DNA of 38,926 bases. Source: Octopus bimaculoides (Eukaryota). The stretch's first letter is position 1; the number at the start of each line of letters is the position of its first letter. A program made the translations under genes and the position numbers. The notes under the pieces are model-generated. The model worked only from the letters and a program-made list of their open reading frames with translations, made no database searches and was not told where the DNA came from. Shown piece after piece: positions 10,779-20,549 of the stretch. The stretch is taken from NCBI RefSeq assembly GCF_001194135.2, contig NC_068992.1, forward strand, positions 41,452,354-41,491,279, written 5' to 3'.

Positions 10779-12460
10779 TGCATACAGAAATATACATACG
10801 CATAGACGTATCAATTAGTTGGAATCACATCAGTCATGGTCATTAGTTCAGTAGCATCCATCAGTGATCAACTAATAGAATATTCGGAAAGAACATTAAT
10901 AAAGTAATTAGTTAATTAATCTATTAATATAATTCCAGTATTCTCTTAGAAATTTGGAACAATTTTAAACAAATAAGAGGTACTCTACTCATTTCCACAC
11001 CTAGAAGTTACGTATAGCTTACGGTAAAAATAAAATCGTAAAAATTAATGGCATTGCGAGTTCAGTGCTACATATGTTTTAGTAGCAAGACATTTTATTG
11101 TTTGCACTTATATTATGTCAAACGCCATCAAAATCTTGAGGTCACCAACCTGCATAGTTGAGAAATATCGGTAGCATTTACATTCGAACAACAAAGACTC
11201 TGTAGCACGTACTGCACCGCTGTTGCCCATTCGTTTAGCTTTTGTGCACAAAAGATCTTGCAACATGCGGAAAGTTGGCAATTTCTATGTAGATCAATTC
11301 CGTACATATGACAGAAAATACCGCATCTCTACTTATTTCTTTTGTTATCATTTTTGTCTGCCTCGTGCGATCTAAAAGCAATACAAACCTCTTTCTTGGT
11401 TTGAAGAGAGTAATATACTTATTATTAACTGTCATCAAATATCCCGCGATGCATATATACGTACACACAAACAGACAGATACACATCTATGTGTATAATA
11501 CCCATATCTATGTATATAAATTAATACATGCATATACGAATATATACTTATATGTATGTACGTATGAGTCTGTGTAAATATGTATGTACGTGTGAGTATA
11601 TTTAGACAGAGAAACTAGAGCCAAAAAGAGAAAAGAACGATAACATATTGATTTTAAATATCGATGTACAATTATTAACGTGTGTAATAAACGCATAATC
11701 ATATACATATACTGTTGTACACATGCACATAAACATATTTTCATATATACATGCATACATACATACATTCATACACACACGGATATAAATACATACATAC
11801 ATATATATATGTATATATNNNNNNNNNNNNNNNNNNNNNNNNNNNNNNNNNNNNNNNNNNNNNNNNNNNNNNNNNNNNNNNNNNNNNNNNNNNNNNNNNN
11901 NNNNNNNNNNNNNNNNNNNNNNNNNNNNNNNNNNNNNNNNNNNNNNNNNNNNNNNNNNNNNNNNNNNNNNNNNNNNNNNNNNNNNNNNNNATATATATAA
12001 ATATATATATACATGCATGTGTGTGTGAGTGGTTTGTCAGTGTTTAGACTTTTTACATGCGTGTATATATAGATTTACTTATCAATATCTGCCAAATAAT
12101 ATTTCATAATGTTTTATGCTTTGAAGAAAACATTTAATTTTTTGCCTCTATTCTATTTTTTCTTTTAATTTTTGTTTACATATTTTTGTCTTCTTTTCTT
12201 ATATTTAAGCTTTGATTTTGTCTCCAGTTGGTCTTAGTAATCTTCATTTTATTTTTATTTTATTTTTTCCTTTTGATTTTTTTCCCACAGAAGTGTATTT
12301 TTTAAATATATATATATCTGTCTTTATATCTTCTTTCAGTAGTACGTACCCCACTCATGACTGCAGATAAATCAACTCCAACGATTCGTCATATACTCAC
12401 ACATACACGTGCGTACATACCCGTAGATAAGTATCATACATACGTATATATACATAGCTG

Positions 12461-12468
12461 AAGAAAGA

Positions 12469-12528
<60 letters not shown>

Positions 12529-12560
12529 CAGAGAGGAAAGACCGAGAGAAAGAAAGATAG
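12461..12560. repeat. (GA)n microsatellite
   Basis: Direct reading. Confidence 0.9.
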
Positions 12561-13425
12561 TGAGTGAGCAGACAAAAGTAGACTTATGTATAGGGACAGT
12601 CAGACAGTGACGCATATATATATATACATATACATATATATATGTATGTGTATATNNNNNNNNNNNNNNNNNNNNNNNNNNNNNNNNNNNNNNNNNNNNN
12701 NNNNNNNNNNNNNNNNNNNNNNNNNNNNNNNNNNNNNNNNNNNNNNNNNNNNNNNNNNNNNNNNNNNNNNNNNNNNNNNNNNNNNNNNNNNNNNNNNNNN
12801 NNNNNNNNNNNNNNNNNNNNNNNNNNNNNNNNNNNNNNNNNNNNNNNNNNNNNNNNNNNNNNNNNNNNNNNNNNNNNNNNNNNNNNNNNNNNNNNNNNNN
12901 NNNNNNNNNNNNNNNNNNNNNNNNNNNNNNNNNNNNNNNNNNNNNNNNNNNNNNNNNNNNNNNNNNNNNNNNNNNNNNNNNNNNNNNNNNNNNNNNNNNN
13001 NNNNNNNNNNNNNNNNNNNNNNNNNNNNNNNNNNNNNNNNNNNNNNNNNNNNNNNNNNNNNNNNNNNNNNNNNNNNNNNNNNNNNNNNNNNNNNNNNNNN
13101 NNNNNNNNNNNNNNNNNNNNNNNNNNNNNNNNNNNNNNNNNNNNNNNNNNNNNNNNNNNNNNNNNNNNNNNNNNNNNNNNNNNNNNNNNNNNNNNNNNNN
13201 NNNNNNNNNNNNNNNNNNNNNNNNNNNNNNNNNNNNNNNNNNNNNNNNNNNNNNNNNNNNNNNNNNNNNNNNNNNNNNNNNNNNNNNNNNNNNNNNNNNN
13301 NNNNNNNNNNNNNNNNNNNNNNNNNNNNNNNNNNNNNNNNNNNNNNNNNNNNNNNNNNNNNNNNNNNNNNNNNNNNNNNNNNNNNNNNNNNNNNNNNNNN
13401 NNNNNNNNNNNNNNNNNNNNNNNNN

Positions 13426-13517
13426 ACCTTGATGAGGTGTATTCTAATATAGCTTCGGGCCGACCATAGGTGGGTGAGTAGATTTGACAGACGAAAACTG
13501 GAAGAAGCCCGTCGTAT
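13426..13517 (+). mobile_element. SINE group A, middle segment (head lost in gap)
   Basis: TATAGCTTCGGGCCGACC...GAGTAGATTTGACAGACGAAAACTGGAAGAAGCCCGTCGTATA. Confidence 0.8.
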
Positions 13518-13527
13518 ATATATACAT

Positions 13528-13565
<38 letters not shown>

Positions 13566-13636
13566 CAAATAATATGTGAATATATGCATATATACGTACA
13601 TGTATGTACATACTTACATCTACATATATATATATA

Positions 13637-14312
13637 GATGCATACCTGGGTCAGGACGTCACAAAAACCGTGGACAAAATGAAAAACAGAACATAAACAG
13701 ACCACAGAAAACAAACAGGAGACATAGAGAATATTTCCTTCATCAGCTGCCCCTATTCTAAACTAAGCGTTTCGAAGTGTTAGGACAGGACGCATTGTTA
13801 GAATAGCTCTTCCCACGGAAACAAATTAAATTAAATTAAATTAAATTAAATTAGATTAAATTTGTAATGCGGAGGAATTACGTGGCAAACAGAAAACACG
13901 ACAGAAAAACGAAACAGTGAAAACACAGAAGAAGGGCTGTAGGCCAGACGTGAAAAAAATATCTGTGTACTGAACGCTGTGAAGTGACGAACTTGAGGGG
14001 AAGAGAGAAAGCCCGTGCTAACTTGGCAGTGGCCAAGAGAAGAAAGAAAGCAGTAGCCGGTCACATGTGACCAGAGGCGGATAAGGAGAAAGAGTGGTAG
14101 AGAGAGAACAAAAGGGGAGGAAGTTGAACATAGGTGAGCAACGAGAGACAGGGAGGAAGAGAGAGAGAGAGAGAGAGAGAGAAATAGTAGTGAAGAGGAG
14201 AGGCGATGAACAACAGAAGGAACAACGAGAGGGGGAGAAAGTTACAAAGATAGAGTCGCGTCAGAAAATAAAGTTATAACTTACTTGCAAAAAGGACGCG
14301 TGCGTTCGATCA
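13637..14312 (-). mobile_element. Putative Penelope-like terminal-repeat fragment
   Basis: Pyrimidine-rich minus strand with CGAAAC and CTGATGAAG motifs about 25 nt apart and an (AAATT)n block; lies between the two halves of one SINE A. Class assignment is inference. Confidence 0.35.
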
Positions 14313-14339
14313 TATAATGATACAAATAATATGTAAGTG

Positions 14340-14530
14340 TGTGTATATGTTTGTGTGTCTTTGTTTTTCCCGCCAATATCGCTTGACAACCGATGCTGAT
14401 GTGTTTCCGTCTTCGTAATCTAGCGGTTCAGCAAAAGAACCGATAGAAGAAGCTCGATTTGCTCGATTAAAAGGCGGTGCTCCAGCTTGGCCGTAGTCAA
14501 ATGACTGAAACAAGTAAAGAATAAAGAATA
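14340..14530 (+). mobile_element. SINE group A, 3' half with internal deletion
   Basis: ATCGCTTGACAACCGATGCTG...TAGCGGTTCAGCAAAAG...AAAGGCGGTGCTCCAG...ATGACTGAAACAAGTAAAG. Confidence 0.85.
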
Positions 14531-15441
14531 TACATACATATATACATATACATAAATATATATATACACACACACATACATATATACGTATATACATATA
14601 TTTATGTACATATATATGTGTGTGTATATGCATCACACACACACACGCACACACTCAAATCAAATGCATACTTTTAGAGAAACGTTGTGAATGGGCAACA
14701 TAAATATTTCTGTTCGGTGCAAGAAAATGCGAGTATTTGTCATTTCATACTTTTAGTAATTATCATGGAATATTTTTGCAAAAGTTCATACTGTATTTCA
14801 TTTTGAAACGCAATAACGTTTTTCTTTGTTGATTTTTGATAATGAATTTATTTCATTGATTATGGCTGTTCCTGTAAGGTTCTAGAACTCTAGAAGAGAT
14901 TAAAATCAAATTCCGGCCAAATGAAAATCCAAATCCAGAATAATGCAAGACGGTGGAAACTGCTTCTGATAACCAACATACATTTAGCCAGAAAATCGTC
15001 TACATTAAGTCGAACAAAGCTCAGTCAAATAGTAAAAACTAAGTAGTGTATATATATATTTTTTTAATCACCTTACTTTGAAATTGTATGGATAATACCG
15101 TACTAATACACAAACACACACACACACACACACANNNNNNNNNNNNNNNNNNNNNNNNNNNNNNNNNNNNNNNNNNNNNNNNNNNNNNNNNNNNNNNNNN
15201 NNNNNNNNNNNNNNNNNNNNNNNNNNNNNNNNNNNNNNNNNNNNNNNNNNNNNNNNNNNNNNNNNNNNNNNNNNNNNNNNNNNNNNNNNNNNNNNNNNNN
15301 NNNNNNNNNNNNNNNNNNNNNNNNNNNNNNNNNNNNNNNNNNNNNNNNNNNNNNNNNNNNNNNNNNNNNNNNNNNNNNNNNNNNNNNNNNNNNNNNNNNN
15401 NNNNNNNNNNNNNNNNNNNNNNNNNNNNNNNNNNNNNNNNN

Positions 15442-15476
<35 letters not shown>

Positions 15477-15477
<1 letters not shown>

Positions 15478-16170
15478 TAGACTAACCGTGACCCGTTGGG
15501 GCCCGGAATCTGAGTTTCCCGGCAACAGAGTTTTGTTTTGTGGGTTAGAAAGTTTTGGCTGCTATTTCTTGCACGTCCTATTACTACGTAACATGTATTT
15601 TGGGTCCTTTATCGCAAATACCTGTTACGTGGTGGCAGGGCGTGCTAGAAACAGTAGCCACATCTTTGGACGGGAGATACGTTGAATGTACTCGATAAAA
15701 ACTATTTGACACTGACGTTACGAACGGGTCTTTTACTAAACATCAACCGTTTTTTAAAAGTTATTTTCACTTTAGGATATCTTTTAAATATGCCCCAAAG
15801 TTATTTGTAATGTTATTAACTTGAAAATAATTTAAAAAACATTAAAATATTGTCTGTTTAAAGAAACCAAAATATACATACTTACTGTACAAACTGCTTA
15901 CATCTCTGAACTCACATTCACTTAAAAATATTTTATTAAAATGATTAAAATATTGTGTTTAACGAAAGCGAAAATAGAAATTCGCTGTTAACTTACTGTC
16001 TGATAGAAAGATAAGTCTAACCGATTTACGTGAAACTTGATTCATTCGATGCGTATTAGTATTTCAGGGTAGACTTAATTCCCATTATACGCCAGTTTCG
16101 CTGAGTAACATTACAAGCAAGCACAAATAAGCAAGCAAGATTAAAATTGACATTTAATGCATTATATACA
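15477..16170 (-). mobile_element. Non-autonomous Helitron-like element, copy 2
   Basis: Minus-strand 3' end CCG-GGCCC-CAAC-GGGTC-A-CGG hairpin, then TTAGT-CTAG|T; same internal palindrome and CAAGTTTCACGTAAATCGG core as 10029-10734. Confidence 0.75.
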
Positions 16171-16183
16171 TACATACATACAT

Positions 16184-16222
<39 letters not shown>

Positions 16223-16261
16223 TACACACACACACACACACAAATATATATATGTGACCGC

Positions 16262-16455
16262 GTGTGTATCCTTGGCGATTTTCTTTCTCCATCTTCCCTT
16301 CTGTGGACTTTTTCTATATTTCTGATGAAGAACTCCGCTCGAAATGTGAAATCTTCTTTCTTTTCTTTCCTTTCCTTGAGCGTCCAATAAGTATACATGT
16401 CCCACGTCCTCGCGTTGTTGCTTTTTCTTGCTTGCTTATGTTTCGATTGCCTATA
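16262..16455 (+). mobile_element. Short repeat carrying a decayed minimal hammerhead (Penelope-like terminal or retrozyme-like)
   Basis: Contains ATTT-CTGATGA-A-GAA-CTCCG-CTC-GAAA-TGTG-AAAT; loosely similar to 4590-4790 (minus). Confidence 0.45.
16318..16352 (+). ncRNA. Decayed minimal type I hammerhead ribozyme motif
   Basis: Stem I ATTT/AAAT, core CTGATGA, stem II GAA/CTC (one mismatch; the other copy has GAG/CTC), GAAA, then TGTG in place of CGTH. Likely inactive as it stands. Confidence 0.4.
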
Positions 16456-16812
16456 TNNNNNNNNNNNNNNNNNNNNNNNNNNNNNNNNNNNNNNNNNNNN
16501 NNNNNNNNNNNNNNNNNNNNNNNNNNNNNNNNNNNNNNNNNNNNNNNNNNNNNNNNNNNNNNNNNNNNNNNNNNNNNNNNNNNNNNNNNNNNNNNNNNNN
16601 NNNNNNNNNNNNNNNNNNNNNNNNNNNNNNNNNNNNNNNNNNNNNNNNNNNNNNNNNNNNNNNNNNNNNNNNNNNNNNNNNNNNNNNNNNNNNNNNNATA
16701 TATATATATATATATGCTTACATTGTTCAATTATATGGAGTCGCTCGAAACGATTGTACGCATTACCTCTGGATATCCTTGTTGCTTATTTTGATATATA
16801 TATATATATATC

Positions 16813-17183
16813 GTTGCAGGTGTGGCCGTGTAGTAAGAAGTTTGCTTCCCAACCACATGGTCTGGGTTAAGTCCCACTGCGCGGCATCTTTGGCGGATGT
16901 CTCCTACTACACGCTTGGGTCGACCAATACCTTGTGTGAATTTGGTAGACGGAAACTGAAAGAAGCCCTTCGTACATATATATGTATATGGGCGTTTATT
17001 TGTGTGTGTCTTTTATCTCCCAAACATCGCTTGACAACCATAAATTAGCGGTACGGAAAAAGAGACCGACATAATGAGTACTAGGCTTACAAAGAATAAG
17101 TCCTGGGGTCGGTTTTTTCGAGTGAAGGCGGTGCCCCAGCATTGCTGCGGCCAAAGTTTGAAACAAGTAAAGAGAATGAAGAT
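16813..17183 (+). mobile_element. SINE group A, near full length
   Basis: Head GCAGGTGTGGCCGTGTAGTAAGAAGTTTGCTTCCCAACCACATGG; middle TTTGGTAGACGGAAACTGAAAGAAGCCC; 3' end GAAGGCGGTGCCCCAGC...GAAACAAGTAAAG. Confidence 0.9.
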
Positions 17184-17453
17184 AATATGTAAATATATGT
17201 ATATAAAGTACAGGGAATGTGAACACACCAACTCTAGTTATCAGTCGGTATTGGAGAGAGACAAACACAAACAGAAAGACTCACGCACACACACACACAC
17301 ACAGAGACACGTATTTGAAAGTCTATGAGAATTACTTAATACAGTGTTTGAAGTGTACAAGTGATTTAACGAACGAATTTATGATTAGAAAAAATTTCCT
17401 TGTGAGTCAGCACTTTTGTTTAACCTTTTCAAACGCATGTGCTCTTAAAGTGC

Positions 17454-17490
<37 letters not shown>

Positions 17491-17822
17491 NNNNNNNNNN
17501 NNNNNNNNNNNNNNNNNNNNNNNNNNNNNNNNNNNNNNNNNNNNNNNNNNNNNNNNNNNNNNNNNNNNNNNNNNNNNNNNNNNNNNNNNNNNNNNNNNNN
17601 NNNNNNNNNNNNNNNNNNNNNNNNNNNNNNNNNNNNNNNNNNNNNNNNNNNNNNNNNNNNNNNNNNNNNNNNNNNNNNNNNNNNNNNNNNNNNNNNNNNN
17701 NNNNNNNNNNNNNNNNNNNNNNNNNNNNNNNNNNNNNNNNNNNNNNNNNNNNNNNNNNNNNNNNNNNNNNNNNNNNNNNNNNNNNNNNNNNNNNNNNNNN
17801 NNNNNNNNNNNNNNNNNNNNNN

Positions 17823-17870
<48 letters not shown>

Positions 17871-18016
17871 GTGTGTGTGTATGGATGTATGTATACACAT
17901 TCAAACGCACATACGCACAGACACATATAAATGCATATATATGCACACGTATAAGGACACTACAAAACCTGACAAATCTATATACTTGCATGCATGCGCA
18001 TATATTAATGAGAAAC

Positions 18017-18392
18017 ATATGTCCGAGCTAGAATTGTGTAGTAACAATACCGTACAGTAAAATCTATTTGCCAACGCAACGTGGCAGTCTTACGTAGGAC
18101 GATGTTATTACTTTTTATCCCCAGAAAAACATCTTTTCCAGCTGGCTACCGACATTGGATCTCTGTTCGTATACTGTGAGTATAGGAGTCTACTACTGCT
18201 TCCTTTCTACCCGTAGCGATGTAGGTAACGTTCACAGTATAAGGACACAGATCATGTGTCGGTAGCCAGCTGGAAAAGATGTTTTACTGGGGATAAAAAG
18301 TAGTAACATCGTCCTATGTAGGGCTGCCACGTTGTGTTGGCAAATAGACTTTACTGCACAGTACTGTTACTACATATTTATCGCTCAGATAT
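18017..18392. mobile_element. Foldback (long inverted repeat) element, unclassified
   Basis: Arms 18037-18179 and 18232-18374 are reverse complements (roughly 85-90% identical by eye, mostly transitions) around a 52-nt spacer. A single-arm homolog lies at 38657-38830. Confidence 0.85.
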
Positions 18393-18579
18393 TAAAAATT
18401 AGCTGGTTTTCTCTTTATCTATAAATTTTTTCATGTAAATGATCGGTCAGTTTTAATATTGGTTTCAAATATTGTCACAAGGCAGCAATTTTGTGGTTGG
18501 GGAAGTCAATTACACCAACCTCAGTTTTCAGCTGATACGTATTTTGAAGAACCCGAAACGTGTTTTAATACTAGTTACG

Positions 18580-18717
18580 AGCTATTCCGCTGAGGTCGAC
18601 TTTGCCTTTCCTCCTTTCGGGGTCTATAAAATAAGTACCTGTTTCAACACTAGGGTGGATGTAATCCACTTTCCCCACGAAGTAGCCGCCTTCGTACCAA
18701 AATTTGAAATCAGCATT
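18580..18717 (+). mobile_element. SINE group B, 5'-truncated
   Basis: ATTCCGCTGAGGTCGACTTTGCCTTTCCTCCTTTCGGGGTCTATAAAATAAGTACC. Confidence 0.85.
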
Positions 18718-18749
18718 AGTTATGAGTTTTCCAAATCATTAGCACTCCA

Positions 18750-18925
18750 GGCAAGATGCTAACTCAGATTTCTTCAACTCCTACGTTCAAAATCCACCGC
18801 GGTCGACTTTGTGTTTCATCTTTGGAATCGATAAAGTAAGTACCACTCGAGGAATGGGGTCGACGTAAACGATGTAAGCCCTTCTATCAAAATTGCTGGC
18901 GTTGTGCCAAAATTTAAAACCCAAA
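18750..18925 (+). mobile_element. SINE group B, diverged
   Basis: CGTTCAAAATCCACCGCGGTCGACTTTGTGTTTCATC...AAATTGCTGGCGTTGTGCCAAAATTT. Confidence 0.75.
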
Positions 18926-19502
18926 TTAATTACGAGATTTTAACTGCCCAACATCTTCACCAATTTCTAGGAGCAACATGGCAAAGTATCAAACACTAGC
19001 CATTTATCGAAATCAGCTAACTTACGAACGCAGTTTCATGTTTTGAACCATAAGCCTACTAAATATAATTTAAGGTTTATATGTGTTTAATTCTTAACAT
19101 AGTGACAGCTTTATAAATGTGTTTCACTCCTTTTTATTTTCTCAACGGAAGTCAGAGACAACCTGGATGAATAAACCTGCGAATCAGTGAAGTATGAAAA
19201 AATAACGAATATAAATTTATGAAGCGTTAATTCCGTTATTTCGTAAGTAAATGACGTGTTCCTTTGAGCAACAACAAGAATATTTATAGAAATATTTTAA
19301 ATTCCAAAACATGCATCTTAAACTTAGGAGGAAGGTATAAGCAATTATATTATATCAGTAATTACCTTGCTTTATTGAAGCCTTTCCCTCCATATCAGCA
19401 TACACCAACAATATTTCTCCACTGCTTTCAATTCTTGGCTGTCGTTTCTCAGAGATTTCGAACTGCCATCAATGCCTCTGAACTATGCTTTTTTCTACTT
19501 AG

Positions 19503-19550
19503 GGGTGTTGTTTTGATGCAAAACTATATACATTGGCAAATATGTGCTTC
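19503..19550 (+). CDS. Candidate 48-nt internal exon encoding the C-terminal half of a trefoil/P-type-like domain (GCCFDAKLYTLANMCF)
   Basis: Acceptor CTTTTTTCTACTTAG|, donor TTC|GTAAGT, phase 0-0; the AG forms an in-frame TAG immediately before the motif. GCCFD...CF resembles TFF1 GCCFDDTVRGVPWCF. Confidence 0.45.
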
Positions 19551-20067
19551 GTAAGTTTGACTGCTCTTATTAGCAGGCACAATGACCGTGTAGGATATGA
19601 TTTGTAAGCTTGCCAGGATCGTAGAATTCTCCTCGAGATTTTATGTATATGATGGGTAAACTACAGACAAGGTCATTTGTATACAGATAATGATCTTAGA
19701 GGTGTAAAATGGTCATCGAGAATCGATTAATAAAAAGGACACAACGGATAAATATATAAGTTAAACATTGTTAATCAATAATAAAATGTATAAATAGTTC
19801 TGCAGTCATCATTATCCATTGAGCGTCTATTTTGTGCAACGCAATATGGCAGGTTTGTTCGTGTGCCAAAATGAAATATCTATAATATTTCAGATAAGTC
19901 TGGGCATCATCAAATTACATACAATAAATTTTATAGTTCTTGTTGTATAGTCTCAAGTCAGCCTTGGTCGAACACACATATAAACCTAGGCATTCATTCA
20001 GTTAGGCTCTTGTATTCTAACATAAGAAATTTAGAATATATTATCGAAAGCAATATATTATCAATAG

Positions 20068-20549
20068 GCTTCTTAGGAAGCCTTCTCTCGGATGAATGAT
20101 TGGAGATGTGAGAGGGAAATCAGAGCAAGAATTTCCATGGTCCAACAAACACGAAACACTTAAAAAAACATGAAACACTGCTCACTCAAATCCTAAAAGT
20201 GACTTGAAGAGAAGAAGCTGGTCAAAATCCTTGGAAAGAGTGTGCTCCCCCAAGGCTCAGAAATATGGACCATCAAGAGTGGAGAGAGGAGAATTGTGAA
20301 ATGCGGTTCTGGTGACGAATGGTGTAGGAACACAAAATGGATGGAACATATTAGGAGGTTAGAAGGGCTGAGGGGCACAGTGTTAGAAGAAAACACAGTG
20401 AGGAGAAGAACGAGAGGAAAAAGGAGAGCGATGATGATGGATGATATTACCAATCAATGAAGAAGAAAGAACAGGTTAGAAAGTGCTGGAGTAGGATTAC
20501 ATACTGAGGACCTGCCTAAGAGCAGACCACTTGAAAAGGAAAGGAAGAG
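20068..20549 (+). mobile_element. RTE-clade LINE 3' fragment, decayed with internal deletion
   Basis: FLGSLLSD..RCEREIRARISM; SVLPQGSEIWTIK (cf. SVLLYGCETWTL); KWMEHIRR...VLEE...RRTRGKRR (cf. WLGHVLR...RGRPR); ends ACCTGCCTAAGAGCAGACCACT plus a purine-rich tail. Confidence 0.75.

Noticed and set aside
14875-14943. Possible terminal exon GSRTLEEIKIKFRPNENPNPE*
   Set aside because: Modest acceptor, no recognisable family, and nothing links it to other candidates.
10424-15685. Two ORFs with similar peptides (YFLH...NTCY.VAG.ARNSS.IF..EIR) suggesting a small gene family
   Set aside because: Both lie in the palindromic interior of the two Helitron copies; similarity follows from DNA homology, and there is no shared start.
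18244-18300. Twister ribozyme or complete HDV-like ribozyme assignment
   Set aside because: No twister L4 UNNNAAGC loop and no HDV P3/L3 (UCC) directly before the P1 3' strand; kept only as an unassigned structured motif.
18470-18570. TRQQFCGW as the missing first half of the trefoil domain
   Set aside because: Spacing differs from R-x-x-C-G, the next Cys is far too distant, and there are no fitting splice sites.
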